From NCBI RefSeq assembly GCF_001194135.2, contig NC_068982.1, positions 112,470,477 to 112,534,476 of the forward strand: DNA of 64,000 nt, read 5' to 3'. Positions 37,899-50,826 of the stretch are shown piece by piece (the first letter of the stretch is position 1; every line of letters starts with the position of its first letter). Both the position numbers and the translations under genes were made by a program. The notes below the pieces were generated by a model. It worked only from the letters and a program-made list of their open reading frames with translations, searched no databases and was not told the origin of the DNA. Origin of the DNA: Octopus bimaculoides (taxonomy: Eukaryota).

Positions 37899-39174
37899 GA
37901 TAAGTAATTTCGACTTTAGGAAAAGGAAATGCAGAAATCTAGAAAATCATTCGGAAGTAAACAAGCTACCAATTAAGTGGTATAACTAGGCTTTACTCGA
38001 GTTTTGCTCAAATACTTCACAGAATTTAACTCTCGATTCGGAGAAATGTGACCAAGACGATGTCTGGCATGAGAAAAGTTTCTAAGTTTCACTCAACTCT
38101 CATTTTATGGATCGGATATTTGCCGAGAGATCAATCAATGGAAACACCGTTTCATAAATCCTGTGTAAATAGAACGGCCGTTATGTTTTCTATTTTCTGT
38201 TTAATAATTTTTCTCTCTCATGAGAGGATCTGTCAAGGTGGTTTGTGCATAGTCGTTCACCCTCTGAAAAATAGCAGTCAAATGACTCACAAAACACGAA
38301 TATCCGTCTTAGAAAAAGGACAGAATGTATAACATGGTACTTGGTCTGCTATTTTATATATATAAATAGATAACCACACCTGAAAACCTTTGATTATTGG
38401 TGCGCTTGAGCAGAGCTAATCTAGGAATAACAACCTTGCATCGTATATGCATTACCGTTCGAAATAACGGCACTGAAAAGACCATCAAATATCAACTTTA
38501 CATCTTACCCTCTTTCAGTTGTCACAGCATACAGTTACTGTGCACATAAAGAGCATAGTCCAATGCCTATCACCATCAAGCAGTAGATTAACTCTGAAGC
38601 ACTACGGAAATTTTACACAGTAAACTGATGTGCAGCTCATATATATGGAAGTATGTGTTACATGCATAAACATTTTTAACAATATTCCCAAAAGAGACAC
38701 TTGAGCAATTAACAAATCTACAATAATGATCATATTACAAACGCTAAACGATGCAATGTATCTCCTCTCCGCCTCTTCTATTACCTCACAATATATTATC
38801 ATCATTGTCGTTTTTAACTCCAATATGTCGGAATATACTTTTCACTAATCCCTTAATTTTACAATTATAATCGCATAGAACGTTTCTTCCCTTCCTTTAT
38901 CTACTGTCACAAGACGAAGTTGATTAACAGAAGCATCAACACTGCATGTCACGTGTCACGTGGTCACTGGATCGGCTTGAAATATCATTTAATTCTGCTT
39001 CATTAATAGCCAGCACTCATCGGTGCTGGATTCCCACATTCCCTATCAGTCGAGTGAGCGATGTCCTGCACCCGAACATTTTGTTACGCAAAAACATACC
39101 TACATACATACAGGAGTGCCAGAATGCATATATACAGCATATACATACATCCATCCACATACACACACACACAC

Positions 39175-39217
<43 letters not shown>

Positions 39218-39222
39218 TATGC

Positions 39223-39296
39223 AGGGCAGGGAATCATCAATTAGTAATAAAATTAATAATTAACAATTTCTGCCGGGTAGCTCAGTATGAAAAAAA
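39223..39296. repeat. Interspersed repeat fragment, copy 2 (copy 1 at 3733-3804)
   Basis: See copy 1. Confidence 0.8.
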
Positions 39297-39556
39297 CAAT
39301 TGTACTAAATTAACNNNNNNNNNNNNNNNNNNNNNNNNNNNNNNNNNNNNNNNNNNNNNNNNNNNNNNNNNNNNNNNNNNNNNNNNNNNNNNNNNNNNNN
39401 NNNNNNNNNNNNNNNNNNNNNNNNNNNNNNNNNNNNNNNNNNNNNNNNNNNNNNNNNNNNNNNNNNNNNNNNNNNNNNNNNNNNNNNNNNNNNNNNNNNN
39501 NNNNNNNNNNNNNNNNNNNNNNNNNNNNNNNNNNNNNNNNNNNNNNNNNNNNNNNN

Positions 39557-39590
<34 letters not shown>

Positions 39591-39971
39591 AGATGATGAT
39601 GAATTGTGGTGTTGATGCAACTGAGGTTCCCCTAGAATTTCGAGAGGATTATAACAGTAATAACAAGATCAGGAGCGAGGAATTACAATTTTTGGATTAA
39701 ATCTTTGGTACAGTGAATTATAATATGATGTACCTTTATATGTGTAGACATGTACATATACATGAGTGAATTGTCATGCACGTATATGCGTATATCTAAG
39801 TAATATAATTCGTGTATTCCTTGCGGGATTTCTTTACACGATTTTTGTTACATTTAAGTAGTCAGTATTGCACCTAACTTTAATCTGTAACATATATTGA
39901 CATATATCTGTAACATATATTGACATATATGTGTATATATAGTACGTATATATAATATATANNNNNNNNNN

Positions 39972-40005
<34 letters not shown>

Positions 40006-41417
40006 TATATATATACACACACTCACACACACACATATATACATACGTACATATGATATATGTGTGTGTGTATGTATCTATCTGTCCACCTACCTATTTC
40101 TCCCTCCTCAACTATGTTATTCTCTCTCTCTCTCCAACTGTCTACACATATAGTCATACATTAATTCCTAACAAAGATCCGTTTGCTTACACACATGCGC
40201 GCGCGCAAAAATAACCGCACACACATTTATATTTATATATCTGTACGTGTATATGACTTTCTGATCAAGAGAAATCAGGCTACTATAATCGATACATAAT
40301 CGATAAGCATCAAGTAAATGTACTTTGACGAAAAGTTGCCAGTCCACTTAATCACAGTTCACAAGGTAATCCTCTCTAAGTATATGTGCATTGAAAATAG
40401 TATTATGTTTTATATCATTCTAATGAAGATAAATAGCGCATTTAGCCAGAAACCATGAGATACGGATGAAATAGAAGGACTCTGAACAGAATGAAGAAAA
40501 GGTCCCGGTAAAAGTGCTATATGGAGTGGTCCATATTAGGTAAGTTAATGTTATAAAAAACAAGAATTGTTGATTTCTTGATAATTGTAAACAATAGTTA
40601 TAAAATAATGGTCTAAGAAGAGAAACACCCAAAATATTTACCAGAGTATTTCTGTAACGTTGACACTTTTAGATTATAGTTGACATAATATTGAACCTTT
40701 AATTCTAACGTATGAGTGTAAAATCGAGTCTACTGTGCAAGACCATCAACGTGACGTGCTTGCAAGTTTGATCTCACTGGGTTGTATGTTAGGCAGCTAC
40801 CATTTGCTGTAGAATTATGTTTAACAATATCAGAGTGAATGGCAACTCTACGGAAGCCCTTCATATACATGCATACATACATACATACATACATACATAC
40901 ATACAGACATACAGACAGACATGGTTACTCCACTCAGAATACAAGTTCAGGTTTATACCTGAAATTATTGGGGTATTGCCTAAATATCAATCTTGAAAAA
41001 TTAGGCTTCTCAAAACCAGAAAGAAGAAAGCTAATTCAAAAACTACAGATCCAAGTTGTCAGTGAAACTGTAAAATTTGTAAAACTTTACAAAGGTATAT
41101 TTGCGCATGACTAGAAATGCAACTATATGCATGCGAATACATATATAAAATAGAACATACAAATCTGCACAAGTACCGACTCCTAATACCGCACATATAC
41201 ACACACACAAAAGAACACTTGTGATGTCAAAGTCCAAAGGTGCCTTGGATCTAGGTTACAAAGCAGCTCTTTATGTGCGAGAGATCGTAAAATAAGACTG
41301 AATAACAACATACATACACACGTAGGTGCGTACGTAGTACCTACCTACCTACCTACCTACCTATTTACATACCTACATACACACATACATACGTATGTAC
41401 ACACGTACATACATACA

Positions 41418-41451
<34 letters not shown>

Positions 41452-41692
41452 CATTATTATACACACATACTCAGATTTGCGTATGTGCGTGAATGTGTAT
41501 TTATAGAAACCTGTTCCCACGTGAAGATCAGTCATCAGACCTCTGGATAGGGTAATATCGAAACTCTATATAACCAGGTGGCTTCGCAGTTTTTATAAAT
41601 ACACACATATTTGAACTCCGTAATCACACCATTGATTGGTTGTTACTTTGACATGTGTAATTCGCGTGAACCGTTCAATACGCATTCATATA

Positions 41693-41736
<44 letters not shown>

Positions 41737-42502
41737 CGTGAGAGAGTCTATTTTCCGGTGAAGCAGACGTTGTGTTGCTTTGTGCAACAATTGATAATTT
41801 TACAGCTTGACACATTGCGATAAAATCGGGACAGACTGAAATAAGAAATGGTGTCGACATAATCGACTATAACGTTCAAAGTTGGTTCTCAGCATGTAAA
41901 GTTTTACAATCAAGGATTGGAGACAGTAGAAGAAAAGAAGACATGTATTTTTACAATTTATTATAAATTATCTTGCATTGATTATGGATAAATATGCTGT
42001 TACATTTCTCCATGCTTTCAGATCAAAGTCTTGAGTGTTATTCCGGGAAGCATCCTTGTCGTGTGAATGTTTGCTTTTCAATGTAAATTCGTGACTCACT
42101 TGCCGAAACACTTGAAGCTATACAGCTAATTTATGAGTCCTAGTTATACGTAGAAACGTCGAAGTTTTCAAAATCAACATCATCATCATCATCAACATCA
42201 TCTGTCCAATCCTAGGGAAAATCAAAATCATTCTTTCCCCATTGTGACTGCATAGCAAAATCCTTATCTGGACTCAAATTACATACACACATTCATCCCA
42301 AATAGATTCAAGGCTTTTATTTTCAATCCTTTCCTTCAAACACGTACACATCGAAATCGCCGGCAGTAACAATTATTATAATTATTACTATTGTTGTTGT
42401 TGTTATTGTTATTATCATTATTATTAACATTTCCGTCACAATTAAACTTGAATTCAAAATATATGCATTCCAATAATCTCCCAATCTTTAAATACATAGG
42501 AA

Positions 42503-42565
<63 letters not shown>

Positions 42566-43018
42566 AACACACGCACACATACACACAAACGCACGCACGA
42601 ACGCACGTACGCGCACGCACACACACATACACACTTATGCAATTATGTGTGCGTGTGTTCATATATATGTATATGTATATATATCTATTCGAGCCTCAAT
42701 GGTTGCTTGGAGATACAAGGCATGTCATATAAAGCTGCCGAATTATTGTGTCTCCACAGCATGGAACTATTAATAGCTGATATTGAAATACTGTGATTTG
42801 TTAAATGATATTTATCTCTCACTCGATGGAGTACTCTTTTGTTGATCCTACAAACAACTGAACTTTATGCTATACATACATACATACATACATACATACA
42901 TACATACATACATACATACATACATANNNNNNNNNNNNNNNNNNNNNNNNNNNNNNNNNNNNNNNNNNNNNNNNNNNNNNNNNNNNNNNNNNNNNNNNNN
43001 NNNNNNNNNNNNNNNNNN

Positions 43019-43061
<43 letters not shown>

Positions 43062-43916
43062 GTGTCCATCTAATTTAAGTTCATGTGTATATTCTGATTA
43101 TTCATAGCAAATATATTGATGCCATTTCCATTCACTTATTGGAAATGCCACATGTCATTAGCATACAGTATTGAATAGCATAGAACATTCAGTGATAGCT
43201 AACATGATATGATTCACCGCATACTTCATTACAACCATTTATGTTGACAGTTTCAGAAGAAATTTATTTCTTACCTATTAGCTGGATTGATACATTTGCT
43301 AATTACATATATGGTGGTTAGAGAGTTAGTGGGACAAGGTAGACGGTTGAAACAATCTCAAAACAATTATATATGTCTAAGAGGGCAAAGCAAATGAAAT
43401 TATGAAATTAAATTTACGAAATTCACACTTTGGTCAAAAGAATTCTTATATATATTATTAAAGTAATAACAGTAACTGATATTTCGAAAGAATTACACAA
43501 TCGAAATTCTAAACCAATATTATTAGATACAAGCCGAATTGTGATTGGCAAGCGGACCGTTGCTTCAGGGAAAATTGATGACAATCCAAATAAATGCAAT
43601 TCATTTTGAGGTCAAGTTCGATGACAGTGATATCGCTATTTAAGGTGTCTTCAACATTCATAGTAAGAACATTAGTCTTTCTTGACACTTCTCTCATATA
43701 TTAACTGATTTCACCGATCGAATTCGTATTAAGGAAGGATAGACGATGATTTACAAGCAAAAATTCAGAAGTTTGTTAGTCACGAACTACCTGATTTGTA
43801 TAGAAATAAAAATTTTGCAAATTCATTTTAAAATATAGATTTAATTAGCAACATTTCATTGGAGGCATGATTTTAAAGAATTTCTCATACATAGACATTG
43901 TTTTATATACCTATAA

Positions 43917-43959
<43 letters not shown>

Positions 43960-44679
43960 AATATATATATATATATATATATATATATNNNNNNNNNNNN
44001 NNNNNNNNNNNNNNNNNNNNNNNNNNNNNNNNNNNNNNNNNNNNNNNNNNNNNNNNNNNNNNNNNNNNNNNNNNNNNNNNNNNNNNNNNNNNNNNNNNNN
44101 NNNNNNNNNNNNNNNNNNNNNNNNNNNNNNNNNNNNNNNNNNNNNNNNNNNNNNNNNNNNNNNNNNNNNNNNNNNNNNNNNNNNNNNNNNNNNNNNNNNN
44201 NNNNNNNNNNNNNNNNNNNNNNNNNNNNNNNNNNNNNNNNNNNNNNNNNNNNNNNNNNNNNNNNNNNNNNNNNNNNNNNNNNNNNNNNNNNNNNNNNNNN
44301 NNNNNNNNNNNNNNNNNNNNNNNNNNNNNNNNNNNNNNNNNNNNNNNNNNNNNNNNNNNNNNNNNNNNNNNNNNNNNNNNNNNNNNNNNNNNNNNNNNNN
44401 NNNNNNNNNNNNNNNNNNNNNNNNNNNNNNNNNNNNNNNNNNNNNNNNNNNNNNNNNNNNNNNNNNNNNNNNNNNNNNNNNNNNNNNNNNNNNNNNNNNN
44501 NNNNNNNNNNNNNNNNNNNNNNNNNNNNNNNNNNNNNNNNNNNNNNNNNNNNNNNNNNNNNNNNNNNNNNNNNNNNNNNNNNNNNNNNNNNNNNNNNNNN
44601 NNNNNNNNNNNNNNNNNNNNNNNNNNNNNNNNNNNNNNNNNNNNNNNNNNNNNNNNNNNNNNNNNNNNNNNNNNNNNNN

Positions 44680-44737
<58 letters not shown>

Positions 44738-47700
44738 AGACACACTCACACACACGCACACACATACACTCACACACCTACATATATTTTCATATGTATG
44801 TACTTTATATGCATATTTATACATACATAAAATAATATATAATACATACACATATATATATGTATATATATACATACATACGTAGATACATGTATGGGAG
44901 CATTGGTGTATACATATAAAAAGTATTCATGTGTATATGTGTATCAATATTTACAAGTACATATGAATACGTATATATATATATATATATNNNNNNNNNN
45001 NNNNNNNNNNNNNNNNNNNNNNNNNNNNNNNNNNNNNNNNNNNNNNNNNNNNNNNNNNNNNNNNNNNNNNNNNNNNNNNNNNNNNNNNNNNNNNNNNNNN
45101 NNNNNNNNNNNNNNNNNNNNNNNNNNNNNNNNNNNNNNNNNNNNNNNNNNNNNNNNNNNNNNNNNNNNNNNNNNNNNNNNNNNNNNNNNNNNNNNNNNNN
45201 NNNNNNNNNNNNNNNNNNNNNNNNNNNNNNNNNNNNNNNNNNNNNNNNNNNNNNNNNNNNNNNNNNNNNNNNNNNNNNNNNNNNNNNNNNNNNNNNNNNN
45301 NNNNNNNNNNNNNNNNNNNNNNNNNNNNNNNNNNNNNNNNNNNNNNNNNNNNNNNNNNNNNNNNNNNNNNNNNNNATATATATACACACATGCATATATA
45401 CGTGTTTGCGAATGTCGTGTGTACGTTTGCGTTTATGTATATAAACGTGCACTCTAACAGACTCACTGACAGTCATACATCACTTCATAACTTTTTAAGT
45501 TTGAGAAATAGTTTCCTTAACTTAATGACTTATACCAAACATGTAATTTGAACTTTACAGAATCTTCTGTTCACATAGGTTATGTATATTTACATAGAAA
45601 TGAGATAACAAAATATAAAAAAAAAATAATCAAACTGCGTGCACATATGAAGTTTACTGCAGATTATCGATTTAAACAAAAGTTTATTTTTGTTCTTGAT
45701 TTTTGCCTCACTTTTGCCATAAATACATATAATATCTGCTATACATATAGATGTTACAGAAAGAATTGTACATAGGTATGTTAACAATTGTATCCAGTAT
45801 TTAATTACTAATGGTAAATAAACTTTGTTGTTTTTCGGAACTATTTTATAAAGTTGTCTTCATAAAGAATGCACATGCATAGCGAGTCACCGCTAAATTA
45901 TGTTATAATTTGATTTGAATATATTTTACATTAGAAGTAAATTTGCATGATTTTGCATTAGCTAACGAATTCATCTAATATCCAGTTTAAAATGATCAAT
46001 TTAGTCAAAAATTTCATTAAAATACTATATTGAAAATGTACTGATACGAAAATGATTAGGATTAATTGATGCTTCATGGTGTAAAAATAAATAAAAATAA
46101 AAATGGACTTTTATTTAAAAAAAAAAATATTTGAAAATATACAAGTGTATACATAAAATGCTCGAACGGAAATTATTTTAATTATAATATTATAATTGGG
46201 AGGTAAGTATTTATTAGTATGTGTGTTATTGTGTATGCGTTCTTGTAAACCTGCTGATTAGTGCCATAAACACTATTCATACGCCTGCGCGCGTGTATTC
46301 GACGGGCAGAGTTCCATGTGTAAATCAGTATAAGCATGTACGTGTCTATAGATTATATGACCATATCAATTTAGGGAAGAAAATATTGCTACTTAACTTT
46401 CGAGGAATGTATGCGTCGACTCTGCGGGCAAAGAGGCTACCCACAGGTAGGGGTCCAGTACGTTTTCGTGGAACCTTCTTTTCACCATTCTTCTAACATA
46501 GTCCAAACGTGATTTGCTGTTTGGGCTCCAATACAAGACATAAACATAGCCATATGACCTATAATGCCTTAGCTGATTGGCTGAAAAGTACTTGCATGTA
46601 TTTTGTGTAATTATTTCTCTTGGAAAGAGAATAGTAAAAGTAGGAAGTGTAGAGAAAGAAAGAAGAGAAGAGAGAGGAACAGAAACAATAGTGTGAACTT
46701 GAAGAAAAATCAAAGAAAAATATCATTGGATTGACAGAAAGGTTGGAAGAACTGAAAAACTGGTTTGTTGAAAATTACATTTCTGCTCCCCTACAACTGG
46801 ACAATTATCTGCGGGAAAGAATTGGAAAATTATTGGCAAACAATTGATTTTACTTGATGTAGTATTTCTTTATCAGTTAATAAAATGGTTCAGAAAATGA
46901 AAAACGATTTCAAAATGCGAGGAATAATTAAAAAATAACTTTTAACCGAAAAGATTTTGATGGGAAGTAAATGAATCGATTAAACTCGATTTATAAAAAA
47001 GGAAGAAAAGAGTTTAAGAAAATAAATATCATTCTATATATTTGAATGGTTTATATCTCTTCCTGCCAAAGATTACTATTATTTGTAAGGGTTTATAGAT
47101 ATTTTAATTGTAGCCTTCACTACATAATTATATTACAGCATTGAAAAGTTAATGATGTTAATTTTAAGTTGGTGCTACGCAGTAATACATATACACTATA
47201 ATGACTGTATATAAATATATATATATATATATATACATACGCACTATATTATGTATATGATTGCACATATAAAGGGGAAGGCTATATAAAGAAGACTTAT
47301 GTATATGATGACTAAATTTTACAAACACTAGACTTTATTAGCTGAGATAAACATACACTTATTTTCCGTCAAAAGTATTTTACATGAAAATATGGAATAA
47401 ATTGATATAGTTTTCTTACTTTTACTCACATAATACATTTTGGTTTATAGTTTGATAGAACAAATGTTTCTGAAGTGATAAGATGTCGATTAATCTTTAT
47501 AGGGACATATAGGAATATACCTAACGTGTCTTTGCTCGAAACGTAGTATACTCACACACAAAGAAGATATTCGAATTTAGAGAATTTAGAGGGGAAAAAT
47601 AGTTTGGTAGTGATTATGCCAGAGAGAAGGAACGAATGAAGAAGAAAACGAAAACATGAAATTTCAAAAATAGCAATCATAGAGTAAAGTAAAATCTAAG

Positions 47701-48264
47701 AGAATTGGAGTATGAGAACTAAAGAAATAAATTGATAAATACATAAATAAATAGAAAATATTTTAACTGAAGAGATAAGGCATTTAACTTTAATTCTGTA
47801 TTATTTTGGCAATTTGCTCGTTAGCTTCTTGATTCTGTGAGGTGAGGAGAACATTAAATACATTTCTTTACTTCATCCTCAAGTAAATTTTCTTCACTCT
47901 CAGTCTTTTCAACCTCCTTCGTCTATGAGTTGCTGGCACAGCTGATGTTTCACATTATGTTTCTAACATACTTACAGAGAACTATAGAATCCACTATGCT
48001 ACCCAAATATATGTAACCACACCACATTCGGATAGTCTAGGCTCTACTGACTTCTTTTCTCCTTTCCCTTCAAAACATACCTAATTAGATAAACTGCTAC
48101 TGCAAACGTTGCGAATCAAATATTCGATTAATTCTCTATTATCGAATGACTTTAAAGGTTTCAAAAACACACCAAAATACAATGAGGAACTTTTCATGCA
48201 ACAATCTCTTTGAATTATAAATACCCTTCTCCAAAACTATCATTAGGTTTTGCCTGATTTTCTT

Positions 48265-48265
48265 G

Positions 48266-48346
<81 letters not shown>

Positions 48347-48370
48347 ACACTGCTGCTGCTGCTGTTGCAG
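48265..48370. repeat. (CTA)n grading into (CTG)n compound trinucleotide repeat
   Basis: Seen directly. Explains the poly-Leu ORF 48263-48481. Confidence 0.95.
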
Positions 48371-48889
48371 CCGCGACTACAATTATTGCTACAACCTAAA
48401 ATGATGATAGTAATTGTTGTTGTAGTGGTGATAATAGATAGAAGTGTTAATGATCTTAGTTCAAATACTGATGATCGTTGATGCTGTTGATGGTGGTGGA
48501 CGTGTGGAGTCTAGTGTTTTTGTTATTTTTGTTCGATAATAAGTGGTAGAAGAGGGGAACCACTGAAAAGAGAAATGTGATCTAGAATTTGCCAATTTCT
48601 CTTTCTATGTTTATGCTCTTCCCATATTTTTGTTATGCTATGTCTGCGATCGTCCGTGGTAGTAATCTTCTAAAAATTATGATTATTAATGTTACAGAGA
48701 CAATGAATGAACGACATATATTTGGAGCTGACGCGGAAGTTGCTCGTTAGCAAAATGTAATGGAAGCAAACGTGTTGGCACACTCTGAAATTGTTGTCAT
48801 TACTAAGGATGGCAGAAAGTCAATCATTTACCTAGATAAACAAAAAAGAATGATATAACAGCTTTAAATCAACACTTAAAATAGAAATC

Positions 48890-49445
48890 TCTCTCTCTCT
48901 TCTGACATGGCATATTCATGCCGTTGACGAATCATGGCTTGTTCCTCCTCCATTTATTTCTGTCTCTCGCAACATCACCCAGGGCTTTCTCGCTCTGCAT
49001 GTTCATTGTCTTCTTCATCTAGTCGAACAACTTCATTCTCTGCCTTCCTCTCGCTCTCTTTCCCACCAGAGCTCAGTCTCCACAATATAACGCTCTGTTC
49101 TGTCACCCTCTCTAAGAAAATGACCAACAAATCTCCACTGGCTCTCTCACTGGATCTCTCACTGGCTATCTATCAACTGTTTCTTCACTTTCACCTTCTT
49201 CAACACTTCTACATTCATCACCCTCTGTACCCACGAGATTCTAAACATTTTTCTATAAAACCACATTTCTGCAGCTTTGAGTCTCTTCTCCATAACGGAG
49301 CTTATCGTCCAAGACCACATCCATACGTTAGCACCGACCAGATGCAGCACTTCAATAGTCTTTTCTTGACTTCCATTCCAATTCTCTTTGCACCAAAAAT
49401 ACTCCTCATAACCGTAAAAGTCTTCTTTGCCAAAATAGAAATATG
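48890..49445 (-). mobile_element. RTE-clade LINE, 5'-truncated 3' end
   Basis: Minus strand: KKRLLKCCIWSVLTYG (frameshift) WTISSVMEKRLKAAEMWFYRKMFRISWVQRVMNVEVLKK, matching the RTE C-terminal consensus ESWT...AEMWFYRRMLRISW. Then GRQRMKLFD and a terminal (AG)n tail at ~48890-48902. Confidence 0.9.
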
Positions 49446-50751
49446 TCAAATATAATATAAAAATATAATATAACAGAGGTATTTATAGTCTTATGATATG
49501 TACTCTTCTGAGTAAGACAAACCGCATCTGGTGGTGAGGCTTCGAATCAGAAATTCAGTAAGTTTTGTGAGTATGGAATTATCCTTTAGTCACCGTTGTC
49601 CCAAGTTCCATTCTTGTCTCAGTCTCATTTATTTGTCACAGAGCAGAAAATGGTTCAGTGGTTAAGGCACACAAGACCCAAACATGTGTTAGTCCTTAAA
49701 CATGTGTCACACAGGACCACCGCTATGTGGAGTCCACATATGGCTGTCTTAGCAGCATTACAACCCCCTGAGCACATCAGTGCACTGGAATTATAGCAAA
49801 CCACAACTTGCATAAATCAGAATTTGACCCCTTAAATTCGCGAGGCCCATGAGCAACTGTTCAGTATGCACATGCCTTGAGACGGCACTTGTGTGGACAG
49901 GTTCTACGTCACGTGAATCATTCTCCTTGCTTAAGACTCAATAGACCCTGTAATTCAATTTTAAGGGCTACAGTAGGAGACTAGAAAACTAAAAACTAAC
50001 CAGAAGTACTCATCCGTTGTATCTTCCTCAAGAAAAACAATTAAATGCAATGGCAGCAGGCGTGACACAGGAAAAGATGTGTAACTTTGTCATTGGATAA
50101 CTGAAAATCGTTGTGAATGATTAAATATATTATATTACAGATTAAAAGTTTAGATGACGTTTATAGGCTATTAGACTCGTGTGTGTCTGCAACCAGAGAG
50201 TATTGTATCAAACTGCATGAAGTAAGATATAAGCTGAGAATTTTAATATGTACGCTTAATGAGGTTTTGCATATTTGAAATGTTCCTTTCTCGTCAAACT
50301 TACATATCTTTCAGAATTCTGTTATAGTTATACAGTTGATTTTACAACCAGAGGTGTGATAAGGTGAGTCTTTATATTTGCGCACACTTAGTATGTTCAA
50401 CGTTGAAAGTATTAATCGCTAAATGTTTGTCTACATCTGCTACGTTGAGTATTCAATATTTTGCGTCTCTGTCTATACTTATAAACTGATATACATTAAC
50501 CAGTCATGTTATTACAAATCGCACACACACACACATACACGCACACACACACGCACACACACACGCACGCACACACTACGTATACACACATACACTTACG
50601 TATACAGAAACACACGCGCACTTCTGCACACACACACACATGAACACTCACATACATATGCATGCGAGTACGTTTGAATCTATGTAGTTGCTTATAGGTA
50701 TTCATGATCCTGAATAATTTTGTATATCAATATATACACTTTCCGATTTGT

Positions 50752-50754
<3 letters not shown>

Positions 50755-50825
<71 letters not shown>

Positions 50826-50826
50826 A
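50755..50826. repeat. (GT)n microsatellite
   Basis: Seen directly. Confidence 0.97.

Noticed and set aside
42022-42082. Exon-like segment reading SLECYSGKHPC (Ly6-like) or IKVLSVIPGSILV (SEA-like)
   Set aside because: The donors are weak and two incompatible frames look equally suggestive, which is typical of chance.
46630-46846. SRKCRERKK (bZIP-like) and a 51-codon coiled-coil-like frame
   Set aside because: They are in different frames within a purine-rich tract, with no acceptor or start codon.
47960-48120. YIYLGSIV (RT domain-7-like) on the minus strand
   Set aside because: It is possibly an old LINE relic, but one short motif is not enough to annotate.
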